This document shows, in pieces, positions 49,548 to 58,654 of a stretch of DNA of 64,000 bases (the stretch's first letter is position 1; every line of letters begins with the position of its first letter). Location of the stretch: contig JAURMI010000007.1 of the NCBI GenBank assembly GCA_030830785.1, positions 49,383 to 113,382 on the forward strand, written 5' to 3'. The DNA is from Crocinitomicaceae bacterium. Its GTDB lineage: Bacteria; Bacteroidota; Bacteroidia; Flavobacteriales_D; Crocinitomicaceae. The notes beneath the pieces are model-generated. The model saw only the letters and a program-made list of their open reading frames with translations, searched no databases and was not told where the DNA came from. Position numbers and translations under genes: made by a program.

Positions 49548-52382
49548 ATGACACCTTTTGAAAGACGCCATATTGGTCCAGGATCCAAAGAGCAGCAATC
49601 TATGCTAAAGTTAATTGGTGTAGACGATATTTCTACACTTATTAACCGTACTATTCCAGCTCAAATTCGTTTGGAAAGAGAATTAAAGATTGATGCAGCG
49701 CTTTCAGAACAAGTTTTTATAGAGCACATGAATGTCCTTGGTTCTAAAAATAAGGTTTTTAAATCTTTTATAGGATTGGGTTATCATGAAACAATTGTGC
49801 CCTCCGTTATTTTACGTAATGTGCTAGAAAATCCAGGTTGGTATACAGCCTACACGCCCTATCAAGCAGAAATTGCACAGGGTAGATTAGAAGCTTTGTT
49901 GAATTTTCAAACCATGGTCATAGATCTGAGTGGGATGGAAATAGCCAATGCCTCGCTACTTGACGAAGCCACTGCCGCAGCCGAGGCATTAATTATGTTT
50001 TATAATTCTAGAAGTCGTCAAGATGTACTTTCTGGGCGTAATAAATTTTTTGTTGATCAATCTGTTTTACCTCAAAGCATTGAGGTAATGACAGGTAGGG
50101 CTAGAAATTTAGGCATTGAAATCATAGTGGGCGATGCTCAGTTGTTTGAACCAAATGATACTTATTTTGGCGTGTATGTTCAATATCCCAATGCTAAGGG
50201 ACATATCATTGATTGGAGTTCTTTATTTGAAAAATGGAAAATTGCAGGATTACAAATTGCTTTAGGTGCCGATTTACTCTCCTTGGCTTTGCTTAAATCA
50301 CCGGGAAGTATGGGGGCAGATGTCGTTGTCGGTTCTACACAACGTTTTGGTGTACCTATGGGTTATGGTGGTCCTCATGCAGCATTTTTTGCCACAAAAG
50401 AAAATTATAAACGTAATTTGCCAGGTAGAATCATTGGTGTTTCTAAAGATTCCGACGACAATTTAGCGCTCCGCATGGCGCTTCAAACACGGGAGCAACA
50501 CATCAAGAGAGATAAGGCTACCTCAAACATTTGCACAGCCCAAGCTTTATTAGCAGTAATGGCATCAATGTATGCCGTATATCACGGCCCAAATGGAATT
50601 AAACAAATCGCAAATCACGTTCATTTATTGGCATGCAGTGCAGCAGAAAGTCTTCTTAACGAAGGTTATAAGCTAGGTTCATCACAATATTTTGACACCA
50701 TACATGTTCAAGATGTCGATTGTAAGGCAATAAAATTAAAAGCTGAATCGAAGGGCTTAAACTTTCACTATATTTCTTCTAGCGAATTAAGTATTTCATT
50801 CGCAGAACCACATTCAACCTACGATCTTATTGAAGTTTTAGATGTGTTTGGTGCAAAGTTAATGAATGCAGAATCTGTAATTCCAATCCAATTACAGCGA
50901 ACTCAAGAGGTATTGTCACATCCTGTTTTTAATTCATATCATTCAGAATCTCGAATGATGCGCTATTTAAAAAAACTAGAAAATAAAGACCTTTCCTTAG
51001 TCCATTCAATGATTCCATTGGGATCCTGTACAATGAAGCTCAATGCAGCCACTGAAATGATGGCGGTTACCAATCCTCAGTTTGCCAACATACATCCTTT
51101 TGCGCCTATTGATCAAGTGGAGGGTTATAATTTGATGTTCGATCAATTGAAAAAAGATTTATGTGAGGTTACGGGGTTCTCAGCAGTATCATTGCAGCCC
51201 AATTCAGGTGCTCAGGGCGAATACGCTGGACTAATGGTTATTAAGGCTTATCACGAATCTCGAGGTGATTTCGGGCGCAAAAAAATTATTATTCCTTCTT
51301 CAGCACACGGAACTAATCCAGCCTCAGCAGTTATGGCTGGTTTTGAAGTTATCGTCACGGGCTGCGACGAAAATGGGAATATTGATATTGACCAATTACG
51401 TCAAGTTGCTTCCCAACATTGCGAAGTCCTTGCAGGAATTATGGTGACCTATCCTTCTACCCACGGTGTTTATGAAGAAGGTATTATGGAAATAACAAGC
51501 ATTATTCATCAAAATGGAGGTCAGGTGTATATGGATGGTGCAAATATGAATGCGCAAGTTGGCCTTACAAATCCTGGAAAAATTGGCGCGGATGTTTGCC
51601 ATTTGAATTTGCATAAAACTTTTGCCATTCCTCATGGAGGCGGCGGCCCGGGAATGGGACCAATTGGTGTGGCATCACATTTAGCGCCTTTCCTGCCTAG
51701 TAACCCAATGATTAAAACAGGTGGAGAAAATCCAATTCATGCGATTTCAGCGGCACCTTTTGGCTCTTCGCTAATTTTAACGATATCTTACGCATATATT
51801 AAAATGTTAGGAGCAAGTGGTTTGAAACATTCAACCCAAATGGCTATTCTCAATGCAAATTATATTGCCACTCGATTAGAAAAATATTATGATATTCTTT
51901 ATACAGGCTCAAAGGGTACGGTTGCTCACGAAATGATTTTAGATTGTCGTCAGTTTAAAAAAACAGCCGATATTGAGGTTGCAGATATTGCAAAACGCCT
52001 TATTGATTTTGGTTTCCATGCGCCAACGGTTTCATTTCCTGTGGCGGGAACGCTTATGATCGAGCCTACCGAGTCAGAAGATAAAGAGGAATTAGATCGT
52101 TTTTGCGATGCGATGATTAAAATTCGAGAAGAAATTAGAGAGATAGAAGACGGCCTTGCAGATAAGTCAAATAATTTGTTGAAGAATGCGCCGCATACTG
52201 CAAATTGTATAATTAATATTGATTGGACTTATCCGTATACACCTCAACAAGCTGCTTTTCCTTTGCCTTACTTGTTGGAAGCCAAATATTGGTCGCCAGT
52301 TCGCCGTGTGGACAATGCCTATGGCGACAGAAATTTAATTTGTAGTTGTCCTAGCATTGAAAATTACGCCAACATTCAATAA
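49548..52382 (+). CDS. gcvP: glycine dehydrogenase (decarboxylating), glycine cleavage system P protein
   Basis: 944 aa single-chain P protein. PLP-lysine region CHLNLHKTFAIPHGGGGPG. Confidence 0.95.
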   Translation: MTPFERRHIGPGSKEQQSMLKLIGVDDISTLINRTIPAQIRLERELKIDAALSEQVFIEHMNVLGSKNKVFKSFIGLGYHETIVPSVILRNVLENPGWYTAYTPYQAEIAQGRLEALLNFQTMVIDLSGMEIANASLLDEATAAAEALIMFYNSRSRQDVLSGRNKFFVDQSVLPQSIEVMTGRARNLGIEIIVGDAQLFEPNDTYFGVYVQYPNAKGHIIDWSSLFEKWKIAGLQIALGADLLSLALLKSPGSMGADVVVGSTQRFGVPMGYGGPHAAFFATKENYKRNLPGRIIGVSKDSDDNLALRMALQTREQHIKRDKATSNICTAQALLAVMASMYAVYHGPNGIKQIANHVHLLACSAAESLLNEGYKLGSSQYFDTIHVQDVDCKAIKLKAESKGLNFHYISSSELSISFAEPHSTYDLIEVLDVFGAKLMNAESVIPIQLQRTQEVLSHPVFNSYHSESRMMRYLKKLENKDLSLVHSMIPLGSCTMKLNAATEMMAVTNPQFANIHPFAPIDQVEGYNLMFDQLKKDLCEVTGFSAVSLQPNSGAQGEYAGLMVIKAYHESRGDFGRKKIIIPSSAHGTNPASAVMAGFEVIVTGCDENGNIDIDQLRQVASQHCEVLAGIMVTYPSTHGVYEEGIMEITSIIHQNGGQVYMDGANMNAQVGLTNPGKIGADVCHLNLHKTFAIPHGGGGPGMGPIGVASHLAPFLPSNPMIKTGGENPIHAISAAPFGSSLILTISYAYIKMLGASGLKHSTQMAILNANYIATRLEKYYDILYTGSKGTVAHEMILDCRQFKKTADIEVADIAKRLIDFGFHAPTVSFPVAGTLMIEPTESEDKEELDRFCDAMIKIREEIREIEDGLADKSNNLLKNAPHTANCIINIDWTYPYTPQQAAFPLPYLLEAKYWSPVRRVDNAYGDRNLICSCPSIENYANIQ

Positions 52383-52383
52383 A

Positions 52384-53103
52384 ATGTATAAACTCGATAT
52401 ACTCGCTTTTGGGGCGCATCCAGACGATGTTGAGCTTTCAGCAGCAGGCACGATTTTGCATTATGCACAACAGGGTAAAAGAATAGGAATTGTTGATCTC
52501 ACCGAAGGAGAATTGGGTACGCGTGGTAGTGTTGAGGATCGTTACAAAGAAGCTTCTTTAGCTTCATCCTTAATGGGTTTAAAACATAGAAATAACCTTA
52601 GATTGCCCGACGGTTTCTTTGAAAACAATCAGGCTGCCAAAATAAAAATCATTGAACAAATTCGATTTCACCAACCCCAAATTGTTTTGGCCAATGCGCT
52701 GAGCGATAGGCATCCTGATCATTCTAAGGCGGGTAATCTAGTGGCAGAAGCTTGTTTTTTGGCAGGTTTGCGTAAAATCCAAACCAATTATCAAGGAGAA
52801 GCCCAAGAATTCTTTCGTCCAAAACTAGTTTTGCACTACATCCAAGATTACCATCAAGTACCATCATTTGTTCACGATGTAACACCTTATTTAGCAAAAA
52901 AAATAGAGGTAATTAAGGCCTACAAATCACAATTTTTCGATCCAAATTCCAAAGAACCAAATACGCCAATTTCCTCAGAATTATTTTTCGATTTTTTAAA
53001 AGGTAGAATGCTTGAAATGGGACGTCCTGCAGGTTATGACTATGCTGAAGGTTTTGTTGTTAATAGGTGGTTTGGTGTTCAGAATATTTTTGATCTCGAC
53101 TGA
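52384..53103 (+). CDS. bshB1: bacillithiol biosynthesis deacetylase BshB1 (LmbE/PIG-L family)
   Basis: MYKLDILAFGAHPDDVELSAAGT and HPDH motifs. Start set to ATG 52384, 1 nt after the gcvP stop; the track ORF starts at 52357 inside gcvP. Confidence 0.8.
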   Translation: MYKLDILAFGAHPDDVELSAAGTILHYAQQGKRIGIVDLTEGELGTRGSVEDRYKEASLASSLMGLKHRNNLRLPDGFFENNQAAKIKIIEQIRFHQPQIVLANALSDRHPDHSKAGNLVAEACFLAGLRKIQTNYQGEAQEFFRPKLVLHYIQDYHQVPSFVHDVTPYLAKKIEVIKAYKSQFFDPNSKEPNTPISSELFFDFLKGRMLEMGRPAGYDYAEGFVVNRWFGVQNIFDLD

Positions 53104-53444
53104 AGTTTGTACCAAAAGTATAAAGCTATACCAAGCCCTATACCTACTGAATTGGCAATTATATCAAAAAAAGAGCATTCTCGTCCGGGAATTAATTTTT
53201 GAAGTATCTCCAAAATAATGCCCATTCCCATTAAAACGCTTAAAAAAAACAGGCCTCGTTTTATTGGATTAAATCCAAAAACTAAATAAGTATTTAGACT
53301 CAGGATACTATAGGCAATAAAATGTCCTATTTTATCATTTATTCGAAGTTGCATTCCATGCCCGGGATTTTTTAACGAAAAGTATGAGATGATAACAACC
53401 TCTAGCGTAAGAAGAATAATGAGGGTTTTGCGAATATTACTCAT
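53079..53444 (-). CDS. VanZ family protein
   Basis: 121 aa, 4 TM segments, DKIGHFIAY motif. The 3' end overlaps the bshB1 3' end by 25 nt. Confidence 0.75.
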   Translation of the reverse strand: MSNIRKTLIILLTLEVVIISYFSLKNPGHGMQLRINDKIGHFIAYSILSLNTYLVFGFNPIKRGLFFLSVLMGMGIILEILQKLIPGRECSFFDIIANSVGIGLGIALYFWYKLQSRSKIF

Positions 53445-56235
53445 AACCTAATTCTTTGTCTTTTTTGACAGCGGGTCGTCCTTGTGTCATCCAAGACGGG
53501 GCGGGGGCATCTAATAAGTAATGATCGAAAAACTGTCGCATGCGTATAGACAAATCGTATTTATTAGGTAGTTTGGTCAGGTTGTGGTCATCATTGTTGT
53601 AATTAAGCATCCAGCATGCTTTTCCAAGCCGCCGCAGACCGTTATAAAGTTCGATTCCCTGATACCAAGGTACAGCACCATCTTTATCGTTGGCCATGAT
53701 TAAAAGAGGAGTTTGAACCTTTGGTAAATGAAATAAGGGCGAGTTTTCAATATATAATTCTGGATTTTCCCAAATATTGGCGCCAATCCGGCTTTGTGTA
53801 CTTTCGTACTGGAATTGTCTGTTGAGTCCGCTTCCCCAACGAATACCTCCGTATGCAGAAAACATATTGCTAACTGGTGCCCCTGCCATAGCAGCAGTAA
53901 AACGCGTCGTCATGGTGATCAGCATTGCTGTTTGATATCCACCCCAGCTTTGTCCTTGTAAGCCAATTCGATTTTCATCAATCGGATAGTTTTCTATCAA
54001 ATAATCTGTTGCGCTCATAATGCTGTTATAAGCCCCCTGAGCAGGTTTGCCTGGTTCATATCGAATATCGGGAACAAAGACCAAATAACCTCCACTCGCA
54101 TATTCCGTGGGGTTGATAATGCTTGCAGAAGGTTTTGGAGCTTGGTAGTTGTGCAAATTATCAGCATTGAGCTCATAATAATAAAAAAGAAGCGGATAAG
54201 TTGAATTAGGGTCAAAGTTTTCAGGTTTGTATAACAATCCTTCCAATTCTTGTCCATTATACGCATTCCATTTTACTGTTTCTACAGTGGCCCAATTGTA
54301 TTGATTTTGCTGTGGGTTGGCAGTAGAAATCTTCTTGGCGAGATTAAAATTTTGATCCTGCACAAGCCAAATGTCAGGGTATGTACTCACGTCCATTTTA
54401 CGCAATAAGTAAGCATCATTTTTATCTGCTTTTTGAAGTGCTACAATTCGTTGAGAAACATCTAATTTTTTAATTAACTCATTGGATTGATACAAATACA
54501 GGTGCTCATTTTTATTTGCTTTATTCAAACCAATAAAATAGCCGTCATTAAAATCTAACCAAACCGAGTCGCTGTGAAATTTAATAAAACGCAATTCAAT
54601 TTGATTTTTTGTAGCCACTTCATTGCTTAAACTTTTGAGGGTTTTATTTGAAATATCGTAAGTCCAGATATCGCAATCGGACTGAAAACAGAATTCTTTT
54701 GCATCTTTTGTAAATCCTAGCTGACTAATCGGACCAGCCTCTCTGGGCTGTCCATTTAAATCTTCTATCCAAACAATATCTTTTCGAGAACAATTCATAC
54801 AAATGTGCTCTTGACTTTCAATATCTAGTAGCATCCATTTTTGCCCCTCAGAAAGAAAATAGGTATAATAACGGCCATCTGCCGAGAGATCTCCATAAAA
54901 GGTTAAACCTTTACCCAAGGGAAGTGCTGTGCCACTTAGTAGATCAATTCTATATATATCACTCTTTGATGGGGCGTGCCATTGTGCCTCAATTGCGTAT
55001 GGATTGTTATTGCTAGCTAATAAATATGGGGCTTTTATCTGCCTATCTACCATTATGCGAAGTGAATCGGTTTCGATTTTAACAAGCCGGTCATTTTCGA
55101 TGTGATATACATAAATTAAACCTTTGGTTAAGTCATAATCTTTTCTAAGCAATTGTTGTGGTTGAAGTTGCAAATCTCGATAATGCCAAATATCTAAATT
55201 CACTTTTTCTCTTTCGAGAAGCGTATCCTGAAAGTCGAATTCTCTGGGTACTACAGAAAAAAATAGCAGATTATTGTCGTTGCTAAACATTGGTTTCCTT
55301 CCTTTTGAGATTGCCTGGTACCTGCCATCAGATGAAAGTTCAAAATCAGTTGAATCACCAAAATTTGTTGATTTGAGTTCAGAAAAACTAAAAAGCAACA
55401 ATTGCATATTTTTAACCTTTGAAGTATCTGTGCTATATAAAAAACTAATTAGTTCACTGTTTTTGCTCCAATTTAAATCTGAAATAAGAGTTTGTGCATC
55501 GAATTCTTGGAGTAATTGTAAATCTTTTGTTTGGTAAATACTGACTTGAAAAGTATCTAATTTAACTTTCCGATGTTTAATTATGGCCACCTTATTGCCA
55601 TCTGGACTCAATGAAAATTGAGTAACACTATCTAAAAATAGTAAGCTAGTTTGATCAGATTGAAATATATTTAGTCTATTGCCGTCCGTTTTATATGGAT
55701 TAAGATTTTCTGAAGGATTGTGTTTTTTCCAAAAAAATAATTTATGCCATTTTTTTAATTCAGTTTGCTTTTGTTTTGAAGAACTTATCTCTTGTGTGAA
55801 TGCCAAGATTGGGGCATTTTGGGCCTGAATCACTTGCTTAACTTTTTCAAATTTAAACAGTGTATCTTTTTCAATATGATAGATATAAAGAGAGTCTTTT
55901 GGCCATTTTCGTTTTTCCACTTTTCTGAGCTCGAGTTGTCTTAAGGTGTCGTAGTCTGGGCTCATTAACCAAGCAACAAAACCTTCATCTTTAGCTATAA
56001 TGGCATTATTGCCTCTAGAAATAGAATCATGTTTTTGCGCTGCAATGTAATCTATATGCAAAATCGGGTTGCCTTTAAGAACGGTCAGTTCATAAGTTGC
56101 AATTTGACCACTTTCGGAAATTTGTTCTTTTTCGATACGTTTCCATGTATCATAGGCCTTGAAGTCAAGCGCTGGTTTTTGCGCTGTAAAAAAATTTACA
56201 TTCAGAATTATTATAAAAAGCAGTAGATTTTTCAT
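53437..56235 (-). CDS. S9 family peptidase (prolyl oligopeptidase/dipeptidyl peptidase-like) with N-terminal beta-propeller region
   Basis: 932 aa. Signal peptide, catalytic GLQGQSWGGYQ (GxSxGG), DKDGAVP and DDHNL (Asp/His). Confidence 0.85.
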   Translation of the reverse strand: MKNLLLFIIILNVNFFTAQKPALDFKAYDTWKRIEKEQISESGQIATYELTVLKGNPILHIDYIAAQKHDSISRGNNAIIAKDEGFVAWLMSPDYDTLRQLELRKVEKRKWPKDSLYIYHIEKDTLFKFEKVKQVIQAQNAPILAFTQEISSSKQKQTELKKWHKLFFWKKHNPSENLNPYKTDGNRLNIFQSDQTSLLFLDSVTQFSLSPDGNKVAIIKHRKVKLDTFQVSIYQTKDLQLLQEFDAQTLISDLNWSKNSELISFLYSTDTSKVKNMQLLLFSFSELKSTNFGDSTDFELSSDGRYQAISKGRKPMFSNDNNLLFFSVVPREFDFQDTLLEREKVNLDIWHYRDLQLQPQQLLRKDYDLTKGLIYVYHIENDRLVKIETDSLRIMVDRQIKAPYLLASNNNPYAIEAQWHAPSKSDIYRIDLLSGTALPLGKGLTFYGDLSADGRYYTYFLSEGQKWMLLDIESQEHICMNCSRKDIVWIEDLNGQPREAGPISQLGFTKDAKEFCFQSDCDIWTYDISNKTLKSLSNEVATKNQIELRFIKFHSDSVWLDFNDGYFIGLNKANKNEHLYLYQSNELIKKLDVSQRIVALQKADKNDAYLLRKMDVSTYPDIWLVQDQNFNLAKKISTANPQQNQYNWATVETVKWNAYNGQELEGLLYKPENFDPNSTYPLLFYYYELNADNLHNYQAPKPSASIINPTEYASGGYLVFVPDIRYEPGKPAQGAYNSIMSATDYLIENYPIDENRIGLQGQSWGGYQTAMLITMTTRFTAAMAGAPVSNMFSAYGGIRWGSGLNRQFQYESTQSRIGANIWENPELYIENSPLFHLPKVQTPLLIMANDKDGAVPWYQGIELYNGLRRLGKACWMLNYNNDDHNLTKLPNKYDLSIRMRQFFDHYLLDAPAPSWMTQGRPAVKKDKELGYE

Positions 56236-57203
56236 TTTTTTGACTTGTGAAAGGATACTAAATATACACCCATAAAAATAAGCAACATATATAATATGCG
56301 CTCAAGGGTTATGATATGCAAATAGTTATCGGACCAACCAATGGCGGCAAAAATAAAAGTGAAAAGCATCACCATTATCGGCTGTGTGTATATATAGGTC
56401 GCAGAAACGGTTGGGCTTACATATTTAAGCCCAAAGATGGTCAACAAATAAGTCAAGAATGTTACGCCAATTATTACATAAAGAATTTTAAGCCATGCAT
56501 TAAACGGTATGATGCTTAAATTAATTTGAGATAAATTGTGCCAAGTGGGCGGGAAGAGCAGCAAAAGAATGAAGCCAATGGTGAATACGTAACAAATAAC
56601 TTGAATAGGGCTGTATTTGGTTAAAAGCGGTTTTGATAATACCAAGTATAGCGCATAACTCAAAGCATTTATAAGTAAGAAGAGATCTCCGCGAACAGAA
56701 GTCCCAATGGACTGTCCTGAACTCAATGTCAAGGCAATGGCTCCCGCTGCACCAATGAGAATCCCTAAGTAATTTTTAGCGCTTAATTTTTCTCTGTAAA
56801 TTAATGCTGACAGCACAAAAACCATTAATGGATTTAAAGCCATAATAATACCTGCATTGAGTGCAGATGACAAGTGAAGTCCGTGAAAAAAAAATAATTG
56901 ATTAATAGTAACGCCAAAGAGTCCGGCGGCGCCAAAACGCCATAGGTCTTTTGGATCAATTGGTTTTCTTTTTTGAAAAATCAATAGCAGCCAAAATAAA
57001 ATAACGGCACCAAAAACTCTAAAAAAAATAAAGGTTGTAGGGTCTAAATATTTTGGCATTACGCCCTTAGCCAATACATGATTTGCGCCATAGAGCATAT
57101 TGACGAAAAGTAAAGCGAAATGCGCTTTTGATAATTGCGATAATGACACAGAGCAAAAGTAGTTATTCTGTATCTTTGTTTTATGCATTTGGCCAAGCTT
57201 CAT
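56232..57203 (-). CDS. DMT superfamily (EamA-like) transporter; start uncertain
   Basis: 10-TM protein with two EamA-like halves. Possible starts are ATG 57203, ATG 57188 or GTG 57149. The first overlaps recF and the second abuts it. Confidence 0.8.
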   Translation of the reverse strand: MKLGQMHKTKIQNNYFCSVSLSQLSKAHFALLFVNMLYGANHVLAKGVMPKYLDPTTFIFFRVFGAVILFWLLLIFQKRKPIDPKDLWRFGAAGLFGVTINQLFFFHGLHLSSALNAGIIMALNPLMVFVLSALIYREKLSAKNYLGILIGAAGAIALTLSSGQSIGTSVRGDLFLLINALSYALYLVLSKPLLTKYSPIQVICYVFTIGFILLLLFPPTWHNLSQINLSIIPFNAWLKILYVIIGVTFLTYLLTIFGLKYVSPTVSATYIYTQPIMVMLFTFIFAAIGWSDNYLHIITLERILYMLLIFMGVYLVSFHKSKK

Positions 57204-58286
57204 TTAGTTAACTACAAGAATTATAAAGACCTCGAACTTGAATTGGTGCCGGGAATTAATGGTCTAGTCGGCCCAAACGGTGCAGGTAAAACCAATATCT
57301 TGGATAGTGTTTATTATTTAAGTATGTGTAAGAGTTATCTCAATGTAAATGACCGTCAAAATCTTCGTTTTGATGAGAATTATTTCTTTATTACGGGTCA
57401 ATGGGTGCTTGAAAATTCAAATCATCAAGTTCAGGTAGCTTATAAAGCCGGTGCAAAAAAACAAATCAAATGGAATAAAAAAGCCTACGATAAAATCACT
57501 TCGCACATCGGAAAATTGCCAGTTGTCTTTATTTCACCCTATGACGGTGATTTAATCGCAGAAGGTTCAGAACTTCGACGCAAATGGATGGATGGTTTAT
57601 TATCGCAATTGGATAAAAATTATTTAGAAGAAATTCAACGATATGCGCGTTTATTAGATCAACGCCATGCCCTTTTGCGCAATATGCATGATCATCGCAT
57701 TTTTGATACAGAGGCACTTGAGGTTTGGGATGAACAAATAGTGCCTTGCGGAAACTATATTTATCAAAAACGCAAGGAATTTTTATCAGAATTCATTCCA
57801 ATATTTAAACGGTTTTATGCCCAAATAGGTCAGTCTTTTGAAGAGGTGGAGATCAATTACCGTTCTCAACTGTCTGAGGGCCAATTTTCAGATCTTTTAA
57901 AAAACTCAGGAAAAAAGGATGCCATCACACAGTATACCAACGTCGGAGTCCACAAAGACGATTTACTCTTTCAAATAAACAGCCATCCTGTTAAAAAATT
58001 TGGCTCGCAAGGACAACAAAAATCGTTCATCATTGCTTTGCGTCTTTCTCAATTTGATTGGTTAAAGCAACACAAAGGTCAAAAGCCTGTTTTATTACTT
58101 GACGATATTTTTGACAAACTAGATAATCAAAGAGTGGAGCGTTTAATCGATTTGGTTAGTGCCGATTACTTTGGTCAGGTATTGATTACTGATACGGACC
58201 CAAAAAGAATGAAATCGCTTTTTCGGAAGCTTCCAGTAAACTCAAACTTATTGCAGATTAAAGATTTAGAAGCCATTCCTTTATGA
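57183..58286 (+). CDS. recF: DNA replication and repair protein RecF
   Basis: 367 aa. LHLVNYKNY, Walker A GPNGAGKTN, signature GSQGQQKS, Walker B LLLDDIF. Confidence 0.93.
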   Translation: MHLAKLHLVNYKNYKDLELELVPGINGLVGPNGAGKTNILDSVYYLSMCKSYLNVNDRQNLRFDENYFFITGQWVLENSNHQVQVAYKAGAKKQIKWNKKAYDKITSHIGKLPVVFISPYDGDLIAEGSELRRKWMDGLLSQLDKNYLEEIQRYARLLDQRHALLRNMHDHRIFDTEALEVWDEQIVPCGNYIYQKRKEFLSEFIPIFKRFYAQIGQSFEEVEINYRSQLSEGQFSDLLKNSGKKDAITQYTNVGVHKDDLLFQINSHPVKKFGSQGQQKSFIIALRLSQFDWLKQHKGQKPVLLLDDIFDKLDNQRVERLIDLVSADYFGQVLITDTDPKRMKSLFRKLPVNSNLLQIKDLEAIPL

Positions 58287-58588
58287 GTTCAGATAACAAA
58301 AGACAAGAAGACGGTAAACCACTAAACAGTTTGGTGGATAAAATTCTTAAAGCATATGGGTTGCAAGATAAAATGAAAAATTACGACCTTATTGCAGCTT
58401 GGCCCGAACTCATGGGTCCAGCTGTTGCCAAGAGAACAACTGAGATTCGCATCGAAAAGAATGTTCTTTATTTAAAAATAGATTCTAGTGTTATGAGAGA
58501 CGAACTTTTTTCAGGAAAACAAATAATAATTGCGCGTTGTAATGAATATGTAGGCGCGGAGCTGATAACCGATATTTGGTTCTATTGA
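58283..58588 (+). CDS. DUF721 domain-containing protein
   Basis: 101 aa. WPELMGPAVAKRT...LYLKIDSSVMRDEL typical of DUF721. 4-nt overlap with recF, the usual partner. Confidence 0.8.
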   Translation: MSSDNKRQEDGKPLNSLVDKILKAYGLQDKMKNYDLIAAWPELMGPAVAKRTTEIRIEKNVLYLKIDSSVMRDELFSGKQIIIARCNEYVGAELITDIWFY

Positions 58589-58628
58589 TAAGTAAGCTTT
58601 TCATGCTTCAAGGCAATTCAAGTTTTTG

Positions 58629-58636
58629 TAATTTTG
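58629..58636 (+). promoter_or_regulatory. candidate -7 promoter box (TAATTTTG) upstream of pruA
   Basis: Matches TAnnTTTG, 19 nt upstream of ATG 58655. Confidence 0.3.
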
Positions 58637-58654
58637 TTTTTAAACAATTTAACT

